Of a stretch of 52,318 nucleotides of DNA, positions 9,038 through 19,435 are shown piece by piece. Source of the stretch: a virus (Duplodnaviria > Caudoviricetes); the IMG/VR virus record IMGVR_UViG_3300032331_000666, positions 1 through 52,318 of that record. The stretch is one strand, 5' to 3'. The notes beneath the pieces are model-generated. The model was not told the DNA's origin, did no database searches, and worked only from the letters and a program-made list of their open reading frames with translations. Numbering within the stretch: position 1 is the stretch's first letter; every line of letters starts with the position of its first letter. A program made the translations under genes and the position numbers.

Positions 9038-11251
9038 ATGGCTCTTGCGTTAAATGATCGTGTCCAGCAGACGGGTACGGCTAACACTACAGTTAGTTTT
9101 ACCCTAAGTGGCTCCGTTACTGGGTTCCAATCTTTTGCCGTTGTTGGCAACGGAAACACGACCTATTATAGTGCAACTGACGCAACTGGAAATTGGGAAG
9201 TAGGTGTCGGTACTTACTCTACTACTGGCCCTACATTAACTCGTACTACAATCTTATCCTCAAGCAATTCTGGCAGTGCTGTTACATTCAGTGGTACAGT
9301 CAATGTCTTCGTTACATACCCTTCAGAAAAGTCTATTAATTATGATGCCAATGATGTAGCTACAATTGGTTCTACATTAAGCTATTCAGATACAGGCATT
9401 ATTGGTTCATTTGCTTCTACTGTTGCTGGCTATAATCAAGTTATTATTCAGAATAAAAGCTCTGCTACAAACGCTTCAGCTAATTTAAATATATCTAATG
9501 ATGCATCTACAGGATCAACAGGATATGTTGAATTGGGTATTAACTCATCTGCATTTACAGGTACAGGCTCATTTAACCTTCCAAGCGCTTCGTACTTAGC
9601 TTCTGCTTCTACAGATTTAACAATTGGTACATATGGTGCATATAATGTGCATTTTGTAACTAACAGCAGTACTACTGATGCTATGACCATCTTTAATTCA
9701 GGTGGTGTTTCATTAGGCGGATATGGTGACCCTGGTATTGGTACTTTATATGCTAATAATGTATATGTAGGATTTACTACAATTACAGCAGCTGCTGGCA
9801 CTACAGTATTAACTAATGCTTCTGCTGGTTGGCAACAAGTTGTAGGCACAACTACACAAACTATTCAATTGCCAGTTGCTACAACATTGTATAAAGGTTT
9901 AACCTTTACTGTTGCAAATAATTCAACTGGCTCAGTGACTATCAAAGATAGTGCATCTACTACAATTGATACCGTTATTACTGGCGGTACAGCTGTTCTA
10001 GTTTTAACTGCTAATGGAACTTCTGCGGGCACATGGGTTGCTTATAGTTATATACCATCTTCATACGATTTTAATGCTACTTCAGCTTCATTTGGTAATG
10101 CTACAATTACTAACGCAGTATGGAATGGTACAACAATAGCTTCGGGTTATGGTGGTACAGGACTTACTACATTTGCTGCAGCTAACAATGCTCTTTATTC
10201 AACATCAAGTTCAGCTTTAGCTGCAGGTACATTACCCGTTGCAGCAGGTGGTACAGCAGCTACTACATTTACAGCTAACGGTATTCTTTATGGTAACGGT
10301 ACAGGCGCATTAGGTGTCACAGCGGCAGGCACTACAGGACAAGTTTTAGTAGGTAATACTGGATCTGCTCCAACATGGGGCACATTATCTAGTTCAGCAG
10401 TTACAACATTCCAAACATCATTAAACGGACTTACACCAAGTACAGCCACAAGCGGTGCTGTTACTTTAGCAGGCACATTAGGTGCTACATCAGGTGGCAC
10501 AGGATTAACTTCTTATACTACTGGTGATATTATTTATGCATCCGCTACAAATACATTATCAAAATTAGCTGCGGGTACTAATGGACAAATACTAACCTTA
10601 GCTTCAGGTATTCCTTCATGGGCAACAAGCACATCTACTGGCGTTTCATTTGTAGTCACAGACTTTACAGCTACCGCAGGACAGACTACTTTTACAGTAA
10701 CTTATACTGTAGGACTTGTTGAAGTTTATAGAAACGGTGTTAAGTTAGCTATTGCTGATTACACAGCATCCACAGGTACTACGATTGTTTTAGCTACAGG
10801 CGCTAATGTAGGGGACGTGATTGAAGTTATAGCCTTTGCATCAGTTAATACAGCAGCTACTATATCCTATGATACGTTTAGTGGTACAGGATCACAAACA
10901 GCATTTACTATGTCTGTAACACCTGCTAATTCCCAGTCGGTGGTCGTAGCTATATCAGGTGTGGTTCAAGACCCAGGTAATTACACAGTATCAGGAACGA
11001 CTTTAACATTCTCAACAGCGCCACCATTAGGTACTAATAATATCTCATGCCGTTATTTAGCGTTACCTACAACGACTACAGGTACGGGTGCTGTAATTAA
11101 TGCAACTAATGGTATAATTATTAATAACCAAACCATCTCGGCTTCTTATACAATACCTGTAGGCAGTAATGCCATGAGTACGGGTCCTGTAACAGCAGCA
11201 AGTGGTGTTACAATTACGGTAAGTTCAGGCAGTCGTTACATAGTTATTTAA
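9038..11251 (+). CDS. Tail fibre protein
   Basis: LNDRVQQT...WEVGVGT...VFVTYP N-terminus, GGTG repeats, ATAGQTTF/NGV.L and TLTFSTAPP modules. Confidence 0.8.
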   Translation: MALALNDRVQQTGTANTTVSFTLSGSVTGFQSFAVVGNGNTTYYSATDATGNWEVGVGTYSTTGPTLTRTTILSSSNSGSAVTFSGTVNVFVTYPSEKSINYDANDVATIGSTLSYSDTGIIGSFASTVAGYNQVIIQNKSSATNASANLNISNDASTGSTGYVELGINSSAFTGTGSFNLPSASYLASASTDLTIGTYGAYNVHFVTNSSTTDAMTIFNSGGVSLGGYGDPGIGTLYANNVYVGFTTITAAAGTTVLTNASAGWQQVVGTTTQTIQLPVATTLYKGLTFTVANNSTGSVTIKDSASTTIDTVITGGTAVLVLTANGTSAGTWVAYSYIPSSYDFNATSASFGNATITNAVWNGTTIASGYGGTGLTTFAAANNALYSTSSSALAAGTLPVAAGGTAATTFTANGILYGNGTGALGVTAAGTTGQVLVGNTGSAPTWGTLSSSAVTTFQTSLNGLTPSTATSGAVTLAGTLGATSGGTGLTSYTTGDIIYASATNTLSKLAAGTNGQILTLASGIPSWATSTSTGVSFVVTDFTATAGQTTFTVTYTVGLVEVYRNGVKLAIADYTASTGTTIVLATGANVGDVIEVIAFASVNTAATISYDTFSGTGSQTAFTMSVTPANSQSVVVAISGVVQDPGNYTVSGTTLTFSTAPPLGTNNISCRYLALPTTTTGTGAVINATNGIIINNQTISASYTIPVGSNAMSTGPVTAASGVTITVSSGSRYIVI

Positions 11252-11260
11252 GGATAAAAA

Positions 11261-12328
11261 TTGGCTTCTACGATAAACGCATCTAATTCGGGGTTTGGTG
11301 GCATAGTCTCTACGGGAGACTCTAGTGGTCAACTACAACTTCAAACAGCTAGTACAACTGCTATTACTATTGACACTTCACAGAATGTAGGTATTGGTGC
11401 AACTCCAAGTGCTTGGGGGCAAAAAGCAACGCAATTTAACTATTATGGCAGTATTTTAAATAGTAATGACCCAGGTATGTTTATTAGTCAAAATGCTTAT
11501 CTTGATAATACAACTACTTGGAGATATATTACTACTGCGGCAGCTTCAAATTATTACCAACTTCCTTCAAGCAGTGCTCCTCATGTATGGAGATATGCTG
11601 GTTCAGGAACAGCTGGAGCAAGCTTTTCTTGGTCAGAAGCAATGCGTATAGACTCCTCTGGTAATTTATTAGTTGGTCAAACAAGTAATGCTCAAGGTGG
11701 TAGATTAGTAATTACTGGTAGTGCTGGTACTACGGATGATTTGGTTTTTAATACTAATGCTTCTTATTGTGAAGTGCAATCATTTAATAGCAAGCCATTA
11801 GTTTTAAATAGGCAAGGTAATAACGTTGTGATTGGAACATCATCTGCCTTTCTTAATACAGCATTTAATGTACAAGGTTCAGGTTCTTTAGGACAACTAT
11901 CATTAAGAAATTCTGGAGCAACCGCTGGTAAATATTGGACATTTGGACCAAACGCTTCTAATAATATAATTCTCTACAATAATAGTGTTGTTGGTGTTTA
12001 CATAGTTGATGGAGGAACTTCATGGACTGGAACTTCTGATGAAAGATTAAAAACAAACTTACAACCTATTGAAAATGCAGCAGAAAAAGTATCAACATTA
12101 AGAGCTGTGACTGGTAGATTTATAGCAGACGAAGAAAATAAAAGTCGTGCATTTTTAATTGCTCAAGATGTTCAAAAGGTATTTCCAGAGGCAGTAGATG
12201 CAAGTGACCCAGAAAAATTAGGCATAGCATATACAGACGTAATCCCATTGTTAGTGGCTGCTATAAAAGAACAACAAACCATCATCAACGACCTAAAAGC
12301 TCGTATAGAAACATTGGAGGCTAAATAA
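11261..12328 (+). CDS. Tail fibre with C-terminal intramolecular chaperone (peptidase S74)
   Basis: SDERLKTN...LIAQDVQKVFPEAV...YTDVIPLLVAAIKE + coiled coil; MRIDSSGN repeat; TTG start with AAGGA RBS. Confidence 0.85.
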   Translation: MASTINASNSGFGGIVSTGDSSGQLQLQTASTTAITIDTSQNVGIGATPSAWGQKATQFNYYGSILNSNDPGMFISQNAYLDNTTTWRYITTAAASNYYQLPSSSAPHVWRYAGSGTAGASFSWSEAMRIDSSGNLLVGQTSNAQGGRLVITGSAGTTDDLVFNTNASYCEVQSFNSKPLVLNRQGNNVVIGTSSAFLNTAFNVQGSGSLGQLSLRNSGATAGKYWTFGPNASNNIILYNNSVVGVYIVDGGTSWTGTSDERLKTNLQPIENAAEKVSTLRAVTGRFIADEENKSRAFLIAQDVQKVFPEAVDASDPEKLGIAYTDVIPLLVAAIKEQQTIINDLKARIETLEAK

Positions 12329-12972
12329 TGGCAAGCATAGTAGTCGCAGGAGATACATCAGGAACCGTAACCTTAGCTGCCCCAGCAGTAGCGGGCACAA
12401 CTACGCTCACCCTACCTACAACAAGTGGGACTTTTGCTTTAACAGCAGCTCCTACATTTACAGGTCAAGCCACAATACCTACTATTAATTTAACTGGTGG
12501 GCAAATTACATTCCCAGCTACACAAAGCGCTAGTTCAGATGCTAATACTTTAGATGATTATGAAGAAGGTACTTGGACACCTACAGTTGCTGGCGATACA
12601 ACTGCTGGTTCGTATACTTATTCAACTCAATCTGGAGCATACACAAAAATAGGAAGGGTAGTTACAGCTCATTTTACTCTTACTGGAATTACTACATCTT
12701 CTGCTGGATCTGGAAGCATTAAGATTGCTGGGTTACCATTTACTTCTGCTGGATCTGGAGCGTATGGAGATAGAGGATATAATTTTGTTCCTAGAATAAG
12801 ATCCTTTACAACAACAAGAAATAATATTTTTATTTTAATATCGGTTGGAACAACAAGTATGTATGTTTTATATGATAATAATGCATCAGGTACTGGTAGC
12901 GACATTCAAGTTACTGAAGTTTCTAGTGGAGCTTCGCAAATAGGTGGAACTGTAATTTACATTGCGGCATAA
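12328..12972 (+). CDS. Tail fibre protein
   Basis: DANTLDDYEEGTWTP...YTKIGRVV...IAGLPF motif. Confidence 0.75.
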   Translation: MASIVVAGDTSGTVTLAAPAVAGTTTLTLPTTSGTFALTAAPTFTGQATIPTINLTGGQITFPATQSASSDANTLDDYEEGTWTPTVAGDTTAGSYTYSTQSGAYTKIGRVVTAHFTLTGITTSSAGSGSIKIAGLPFTSAGSGAYGDRGYNFVPRIRSFTTTRNNIFILISVGTTSMYVLYDNNASGTGSDIQVTEVSSGASQIGGTVIYIAA

Positions 12973-12983
12973 TGGAGAATAAA

Positions 12984-13235
12984 ATGACATTAGAAAAAAA
13001 TACAGTGGTTGATAGAGTAGAAATAATAGAAAATGGCACTGTGCAAGTTCGTCAAGCTACTATTATTACAGAAGATGGTAAACAAATATCTCGTACATTC
13101 CATAGATGGTGTATAGTGCCAGGACAAGATTATTCTGACCAAGAATCACAAGTGCAAAATATATGCAAAGTAACTCATACACCTGAAGTTATTGCGGCTT
13201 ATGAAGCACAATTAGAAACTAATAAACTAGGATAA
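12984..13235 (+). CDS. Small tail-fibre-associated protein
   Basis: VQVRQAT.I.EDG..ISRTFHR...HTPEVIAAY; GGAG RBS favours MTLEK (12984) as start. Confidence 0.6.
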   Translation: MTLEKNTVVDRVEIIENGTVQVRQATIITEDGKQISRTFHRWCIVPGQDYSDQESQVQNICKVTHTPEVIAAYEAQLETNKLG

Positions 13236-13237
13236 CC

Positions 13238-14272
13238 ATGGCACTCATACTAACTGGAGCATCAGGAGCAAGTACACTAGATAGTTCTACAGGATTAGCT
13301 GTGGCTACTTGGACAACTGCAGGAAGACCTACAAGTCCTGTTGCGGGGCAAACTGGCTATAATTCTACTTTAGGTGGATTAGAGTTTTATAATGGTATTG
13401 CTTGGATTTCTACAGCATCCTTAGCTAGTTATTCATCAACTTATTTAGTTGTTGCTGGTGGAGGAGGAGGTGCATCAGCATCTGGTGGTGGTGGTGGAGC
13501 TGGTGGATTACTTACTGGTACACAAACATTAAGTATAGGGGTAGTTTATACTATTACTGTAGGTGCTGGTGGTGCTTCAGTAGCGTCTGGCGCAAATACT
13601 AATGGTAATCCTGGAAATAATTCATCTATAGCTGGTTCTGGTATAACGACTATCACTGCAACTGCTGGCGGTTATGGTGGTACATTTAATACCGCTGGTG
13701 GTAATGGCGGTTCTGGAGGTGGTGGTGGGGGTAGAGCTTCTTCTGCTGGTGGTTCAGGTACATCTGGGCAAGGTTCTGCTGGTGGTGCATCATTAAGTGG
13801 TAATACAGGTACCACAGGTCGTGGAGGCGGAGGCGGAGGTGCTTCTGCTGTTGGAGCTACTGGTGATGCTTCAGGTAATGGCGGTGCTGGCACAGCATCA
13901 TCTATTTCAGGTTCGTCTGTAACTTATGCAGGCGGTGGAGGCGGTGGTAACTATAATCAAGCATCTGCTGGTTCTGGAGGTTCAGGCGGTGGGGGTACTG
14001 GGGGTACAGGTTCAACTTCTGGCGCAGCTACTGCAGGTAATGGTGCAAATGGGACAGCTAATACTGGTGGAGGTGGCGGTGGTGGCGGTTCTACTGCAAA
14101 TGCAACCCCTTCTTTAGCTATTGGAGGTGGAGGTGCTGGCGGTTCAGGTGTAGTAATATTATCTGTGCCAACCGCAAATTACACAGGTACAACTACAGGC
14201 AGTCCAACAGTCACAACATCAGGATCAAGTACAATTATTACATTTACAGCAAGCGGTTCTTACACCGCATAA
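13238..14272 (+). CDS. Glycine-rich tail/adhesin protein, paralog 1
   Basis: WTTAGRP, YLVVAGGGGG, YAGGGGG, ANTGGGGGG, GSGVVI motifs. Confidence 0.75.
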   Translation: MALILTGASGASTLDSSTGLAVATWTTAGRPTSPVAGQTGYNSTLGGLEFYNGIAWISTASLASYSSTYLVVAGGGGGASASGGGGGAGGLLTGTQTLSIGVVYTITVGAGGASVASGANTNGNPGNNSSIAGSGITTITATAGGYGGTFNTAGGNGGSGGGGGGRASSAGGSGTSGQGSAGGASLSGNTGTTGRGGGGGGASAVGATGDASGNGGAGTASSISGSSVTYAGGGGGGNYNQASAGSGGSGGGGTGGTGSTSGAATAGNGANGTANTGGGGGGGGSTANATPSLAIGGGGAGGSGVVILSVPTANYTGTTTGSPTVTTSGSSTIITFTASGSYTA

Positions 14273-14289
14273 TATAAAGGAGAACTAAA

Positions 14290-14586
14290 ATTTCACATTT
14301 CGCAAAAGTAGTAGACGGTAAAGTAGTTTCAGTCATTGTGGCTGAAGCCGAGTTTTTTGATACATTCGTAGATTCAAGTCCTGGTACTTGGATTCAAACA
14401 AGCTATAATACACATGGTAATCAACACCCAGAAGGCAGACCTTTAAGAGCCAATTACGCTGGAATTGGTTACACATACGATGCAACTAACGATGTATTCA
14501 TAGCCCCTAAACCATCAGACACAGCAGTGTTAAACGAAACAACATGGTTATGGGAAGATACAGTAACTGAAAGTCCACAAGGATAA
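14290..14586 (+). CDS. Tail-associated protein of the (M)SHFAKV family, apparent ATT start
   Basis: AAGGAG(14277-82), 7 nt, then ATT TCA CAT TTC GCA AAA; WIQTSYNT...RANYAGIGYTYD...D.FIAPKP. Confidence 0.7.
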   Translation: MSHFAKVVDGKVVSVIVAEAEFFDTFVDSSPGTWIQTSYNTHGNQHPEGRPLRANYAGIGYTYDATNDVFIAPKPSDTAVLNETTWLWEDTVTESPQG

Positions 14587-14589
14587 TAC

Positions 14590-15096
14590 ATGATACAAAA
14601 AAGAACACCAATGATATATGAAGACTTTGTTCCTTACTTTAAAGTTGAAGGTGGGAATCTTATCAGTCTATATAATTCTAGATCTAGAAAAATTGGATCA
14701 ATTGTTGGATGTAAACATAATGAAGGGTATTTAACCTGTCTTCACAAAGGTAAAACTTATAAAGTGCATAGAATTATTTATTTGCTTACACATAAAACTT
14801 GTCCATATATTATTGATCATATCAATGGTATTAAAGATGACAATAGACCAGAAAATTTAAGATCTGCATCATTAAGTGATAATAGTTGTAACTCTGTTCA
14901 TAGAGTTAATAATACATCTGGAATTAAAGGCGTTCATAAAATGAAGGATGGTTCTGGTTATCAGGCAAGTATTACACGTCAAAGAAAACGTACATTTCTT
15001 GGTTTGTTTAAAACTCTTGAAGATGCTAAAAATTGCATTGAATCTGCAAGAAAAGCTATGCACGGTGAATTTGCAAACACTGGAGTATCTATATGA
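14590..15096 (+). mobile_element. HNH homing endonuclease with AP2-like DNA-binding domain
   Basis: VHRIIY...IDHINGIKDDNRPENLR (HNH) plus NTSGIKGV...YQASI...LGLF...MHGEFA (AP2). Confidence 0.9.
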
Positions 15097-16106
15097 GTAA
15101 TGCGGTCAATCTATCAGCACTAGGTTCTAACGGAGGCACAGCCATATCTACATGGACAACTGCCACAAGACCTTCAAACCCTATTGCGGGTCAGTTTGGA
15201 TATAACTCTACCACTGGAAATATGGAATATTATAATGGTTCTTCTAGTGCGTGGTTTACAGTAAATAATACTTCTACAGCTCCTTATTCAGCAACTTATT
15301 TAGTAGTAGCAGGTGGAGGCGCTGGTGGTGGAGTAGGAGCATTTTCAAATGGTGCAGGTGGTGGAGGTGCTGGTGGATATTTAACAGGTACGGCTACATT
15401 TGCACCTGGAACAACTTATTCAGTTACAGTAGGTGCTGGAGGTGCAGGTAACTCCGCTAACACTGGGTCAAATGGAAATAATTCTGTATTAAGTGGTGGG
15501 GCAATATCTACTCAAACTGCTGTTGCAGGTGGTGGTGGTGGTAAGGAAGGTGCAAATAGTAGTAATGGTAATGCTGGCGGTTCTGGAGGAGGAACTGGAG
15601 GACCAGGAACACCTGGTGCTGGAACAGCTGGACAAGGAAATTCTGGAGGTGGATATACATCTGGTTCACAAGCTGCTGGTGGCGGTGGTGGAGGCGGTGC
15701 TGGTGCTGCAGGTAATAGTGGTACTAGTTCAACGGGTGGTGCTGGGGGTGTAGGATTAGCTAATACAATTACGGGGTCATCAGTTTATTATGCTGGCGGT
15801 GGAGGTGGTGGTGCATATCAACCGTCTTCTTATCCTGGTGGTGCTGGTGGTAATGGCGGTGGCGGTGCTGGATACAGTAACGGTGCAGGTAATGGTTATG
15901 CTGGTACTGCTAATACAGGCGGTGGCGGTGGTGGAGCTTCAGGATATAATACAACTCAAACAGGTGGTAATGGTGGCTCAGGCGTAGTTATATTATCTAT
16001 TCCTACATCAAGATATACAGGCACAAGTACAGGTTCACCTACAATCACAACATCAGGCTCAAATACAATATTAACGTTCACAGCATCAGGAAGCTACACA
16101 GCATAA
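15093..16106 (+). CDS. Glycine-rich tail/adhesin protein, paralog 2
   Basis: Same motif series as paralog 1; both end in TFTASGSYTA. Confidence 0.75.
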   Translation: MSNAVNLSALGSNGGTAISTWTTATRPSNPIAGQFGYNSTTGNMEYYNGSSSAWFTVNNTSTAPYSATYLVVAGGGAGGGVGAFSNGAGGGGAGGYLTGTATFAPGTTYSVTVGAGGAGNSANTGSNGNNSVLSGGAISTQTAVAGGGGGKEGANSSNGNAGGSGGGTGGPGTPGAGTAGQGNSGGGYTSGSQAAGGGGGGGAGAAGNSGTSSTGGAGGVGLANTITGSSVYYAGGGGGGAYQPSSYPGGAGGNGGGGAGYSNGAGNGYAGTANTGGGGGGASGYNTTQTGGNGGSGVVILSIPTSRYTGTSTGSPTITTSGSNTILTFTASGSYTA

Positions 16107-17141
16107 GGATAAATTATGGCATTAACCCAAGTCCCACCAGCGCTTTTAACTTCTACTACAGGAACAGGAACAACTGTTGTATTAGGCACATCGCCTACGA
16201 TTACTACTCCTACTATTTCAGGCCAATTAAATAATCCTACTTGGACAACTGCTACACGTCCCGCAAGTCCTATTACTGGAACTCAAGGTTATAATACAAC
16301 TACTGGTCAGTTAGAGATTTATAATGCATCTACTACTTCTTGGCAAAACGCTGGTACCTCAGGCGCTGCGTATACTATAGAATATTTAGTAGTTGCTGGT
16401 GGAGCTGGTGGTGGTAGAACAAATGGTGGAGGTGGCGGTGCTGGCGGATATTTAGCTACTACACTATCAAATCTTGCAGGCGTATCATATTCGGTTACTG
16501 TGGGTGGGGGCGGTGCTGGAGGCACTTCTACTTCTGCACCTGGTACAAATGGTTCTAATTCTGTTTTTAGCTCTTCTACATCTATAGGTGGTGGAGGCGG
16601 TGGCGGTATTAACGCTAACGGTGCTTCTGGCGGCTCAGGTGGTGGCGGTGGTGGTGACCCAGGGCCATATACAGGCGGTTCAGGTACTTCAGGTCAAGGT
16701 TTTGCTGGTCAAGCTGGTCCGTTTGGAACCCAACGAGGAGGCGGTGGTGGAGGTGCTAGTGCAGCCGCAACAACTCAAAACGGAGCTGATGGATTAAATT
16801 GGCAGTCACTCGGAACCTTTTATGCTGGTGGAGGCGGTGGCGGTTCTAATGTTGCTGCTGGTAATAGTCCAGGTACTGGTGGAGCTGGTGGCGGTGCAGC
16901 AGGCTTGGGCGCAAGTGCATCAGGCGTTCCAACTGCAGCTACAGCAAATACTGGCGGTGGTGGTGGTGGGTCTGGCGGTAACGGTAGTGCATCTAATGGC
17001 GGTAACGGAGGTTCAGGTATTGTTATTCTTCGCTACTCTGGTTCACAAAGAGGCACAGGTGGTACAGTCACTTCAGCGGGTGGATATACATACCATACAT
17101 TTACAAGCTCAAGCACATATACATCATAAGGATAAATTATG
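16102..17141 (+). repeat. 17-bp direct repeat CATAAGGATAAATTATG flanking paralog 3
   Basis: Identical copies at 16102-16118 and 17125-17141, each spanning stop + RBS + ATG. Confidence 0.85.
16116..17129 (+). CDS. Glycine-rich tail/adhesin protein, paralog 3
   Basis: WTTATRP, IEYLVVAGG, GSGIVILRY, YTYHTFTSS. Confidence 0.75.
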   Translation: MALTQVPPALLTSTTGTGTTVVLGTSPTITTPTISGQLNNPTWTTATRPASPITGTQGYNTTTGQLEIYNASTTSWQNAGTSGAAYTIEYLVVAGGAGGGRTNGGGGGAGGYLATTLSNLAGVSYSVTVGGGGAGGTSTSAPGTNGSNSVFSSSTSIGGGGGGGINANGASGGSGGGGGGDPGPYTGGSGTSGQGFAGQAGPFGTQRGGGGGGASAAATTQNGADGLNWQSLGTFYAGGGGGGSNVAAGNSPGTGGAGGGAAGLGASASGVPTAATANTGGGGGGSGGNGSASNGGNGGSGIVILRYSGSQRGTGGTVTSAGGYTYHTFTSSSTYTS

Positions 17142-17198
17142 TCATCAGGATCAAATACAATTATTAAATTTAATGCATCAGGCAGTTACACAGCATAA
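17139..17198 (+). pseudogene. 19-aa relic of a glycine-rich paralog C-terminus (MSSGSNTIIKFNASGSYTA)
   Basis: Matches the SGSNTILTFTASGSYTA end of paralog 2; keeps an RBS and TAATG coupling to the next gene. Confidence 0.75.
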
Positions 17199-18100
17199 TG
17201 TTTGGTAACTCAGCCTTTGCCCAAGCCCCATTTGCAACACTAGGTAGTGGCACGGCTTTTAGTTTGTCTTTGACAGAGAACTTTGGATTAGATGATTCAA
17301 GTAGTCAGGCTTGGACTTTCCTGCAAAGTATCACTGAAAATATTGTAATGGATGACTTTAACTCTAATGCAGGGTTATTTAATGGTTCAATTACTGAGGT
17401 TATTACACTTGATGATTCAAATAGTCAAACAAGTGCGTTTGGTCAAACGATAGCTGAAAACATAACTTTAGCAGACGTTAACAGCATTTCGGCACAGTTT
17501 GCATCAAGTCTTACAGAAAACGTTGTAATGGACGACTCGTCAGTCCAGTATTTTGCGGCATTAGAAACACGTAATGAACCATTTACAATGGATGACATAA
17601 GAAGTATTGCTGCTCAGTTTGTAGGATCAGTGACAGAAAATGTAGACCTTGCAGACACGCCAAGTATTACAGCGCAGTTTGCACAAAGTGTGACTGAAAA
17701 TATAACAATGGCAGATGCTTATGTAGCTATAGCTAACTTTATAGCTTCAAGAACTGAAGATATTACAATGAATGATATTGAAACCATTATTTCAATATTC
17801 TTCTTTACGATTACAGAGAATCTGAACCCAGCTGACGCTAATAGTGTTATTACAAACTACCTTGTATCATTGGCTGAAAATGTTAATTTAGCAGATACAC
17901 CTACTATAACAGCTGCATTCCAGTCTTCTATAATTGAAACATTTGCATTATTAGATGACCAATTTGCTCGTGGATGGTTTAAAATAAACGATGACCAAGC
18001 TGTTACATGGGCATCAATAAACAATGATAATTCAGTATCTTGGACTGAAATTAATAACACTGTACCTAATTCATGGACAGATATAAATAATACTCAATAA
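17198..18100 (+). CDS. Acidic tail protein with ~19-aa repeats
   Basis: MFG.SAFAQAPFA start, repeated F..S[IVL]TEN[IV].[LM].D, C-terminal W..IN repeats. Confidence 0.65.
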   Translation: MFGNSAFAQAPFATLGSGTAFSLSLTENFGLDDSSSQAWTFLQSITENIVMDDFNSNAGLFNGSITEVITLDDSNSQTSAFGQTIAENITLADVNSISAQFASSLTENVVMDDSSVQYFAALETRNEPFTMDDIRSIAAQFVGSVTENVDLADTPSITAQFAQSVTENITMADAYVAIANFIASRTEDITMNDIETIISIFFFTITENLNPADANSVITNYLVSLAENVNLADTPTITAAFQSSIIETFALLDDQFARGWFKINDDQAVTWASINNDNSVSWTEINNTVPNSWTDINNTQ

Positions 18101-18109
18101 GGACACATT

Positions 18110-19435
18110 ATGGCATCAACCTATTCAACCTCGTTAAAACTCACTCTCATTGGAGATGGTGAACAGGCTGGTACCTGGGGATCAACTACCAATAATAATT
18201 TAAACTTAGTAGAGCAGGCTGTTACAGGCGTAGATGGTATTGATCTGACTGGTCTTACAACCTATACACTTTCTAATTATAATGGCACTACAGATGAAGC
18301 TAGAAATGCTATATTGTTATTTATAGGAACTCCATCAGCTACAGTTACTATTGCAGCCCCACTACAAAACAAATTTTATATTGTTAAGAATAGCACTGGC
18401 CAAACAATTACAATGTCAGCCTCTGGCGGTTCTATATCTTTATCAATTCCAGCGGGTGTTACTGCACAATGTTATTGTGATTCAACAAATCAATCTGGTA
18501 CAGGTACTGGATTTTATTCAGCTCAAACAGGATCAGCTGGTAACTTTACAGTCAATGGTAATTTAACTGTTACTGGTAATCAAACTAATACAGGTAATTT
18601 CTTAGCTGCTGGGGTTTTAGGTGCTTATATAGCTTCTGCATACACGGGTGGTATTAGCAATGGCTCTGGTGCGGCAGGTACAATTCTTAATGTATCTGCA
18701 GTAGCAAGTGGAACAATCTTTATTGGCCAAAGAGTAACTGGTACAGGTGTTACATCTGGTACGCTTATCACTGGATTTGGAACAGGATCTGGTGGTGCTG
18801 GTACTTATACAGTCAATACATCTCAACTAGTGAGTGCTGGTACATCATTGACTGGTGCAGCAAGTGCGATTGCAACAACTCCAGCGTCTGGTGACAATTC
18901 AGTAAACATAGCTACAACAGCTTTTGTACAATCAGCTGTAGGCACTTTAGGTACTATGGCATCACAAAATGCTAATGCAGTAGCTATTACTGGAGGGACT
19001 ATTTCTGGCACAGCTGGTGCATTTACAACACTAAACGCCAATAGCGTTACGACCTTAGGTGAAACTACTACCGTATCTGCAACAGCAGCTACAGGTACAA
19101 TTAACTATGATGTCATTACTCAAGGTGTTTTATATTATACAACATCAGCTTCAGCTAATTGGACTGTAAATTTTAGAGGTAATGGTTCTACTACACTTAA
19201 TACTTTAATGGCCGTAGGCGAAACAAGAACCGTAACTTTCTTAGTGACTCAAGGATCAACTGCTTATTATAATAGTGCAGTCCAAGTTGATGGAACATCA
19301 GTCACACCAAAATGGCAAGGTGGTGCAGCTCCAACATCTGGTAATCCGTCAAGTATAGATATATATACATATAGTATTATTAAAACAGCATCAGCTACAT
19401 TTACAGTATTAGCTTCACAAACAAGGTTTGCTTAA
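18110..19435 (+). CDS. Tail fibre/baseplate-anchored protein
   Basis: [22 protein letters not shown] start; IATTAFV; [20 protein letters not shown]-terminal domain. Confidence 0.75.
   Translation: MASTYSTSLKLTLIGDGEQAGTWGSTTNNNLNLVEQAVTGVDGIDLTGLTTYTLSNYNGTTDEARNAILLFIGTPSATVTIAAPLQNKFYIVKNSTGQTITMSASGGSISLSIPAGVTAQCYCDSTNQSGTGTGFYSAQTGSAGNFTVNGNLTVTGNQTNTGNFLAAGVLGAYIASAYTGGISNGSGAAGTILNVSAVASGTIFIGQRVTGTGVTSGTLITGFGTGSGGAGTYTVNTSQLVSAGTSLTGAASAIATTPASGDNSVNIATTAFVQSAVGTLGTMASQNANAVAITGGTISGTAGAFTTLNANSVTTLGETTTVSATAATGTINYDVITQGVLYYTTSASANWTVNFRGNGSTTLNTLMAVGETRTVTFLVTQGSTAYYNSAVQVDGTSVTPKWQGGAAPTSGNPSSIDIYTYSIIKTASATFTVLASQTRFA

Noticed and set aside
13672-16525. Pro-rich minus-strand ORFs and Val-rich alternate-frame ORFs over the glycine-rich genes
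   Set aside because: Shadows of GGN codon runs; no RBS and fully nested in real genes.
13238-17198. Diversity-generating retroelement or invertible shufflon in the tail region
   Set aside because: No reverse transcriptase or invertase; the repeats are direct and differences are not adenine-specific.
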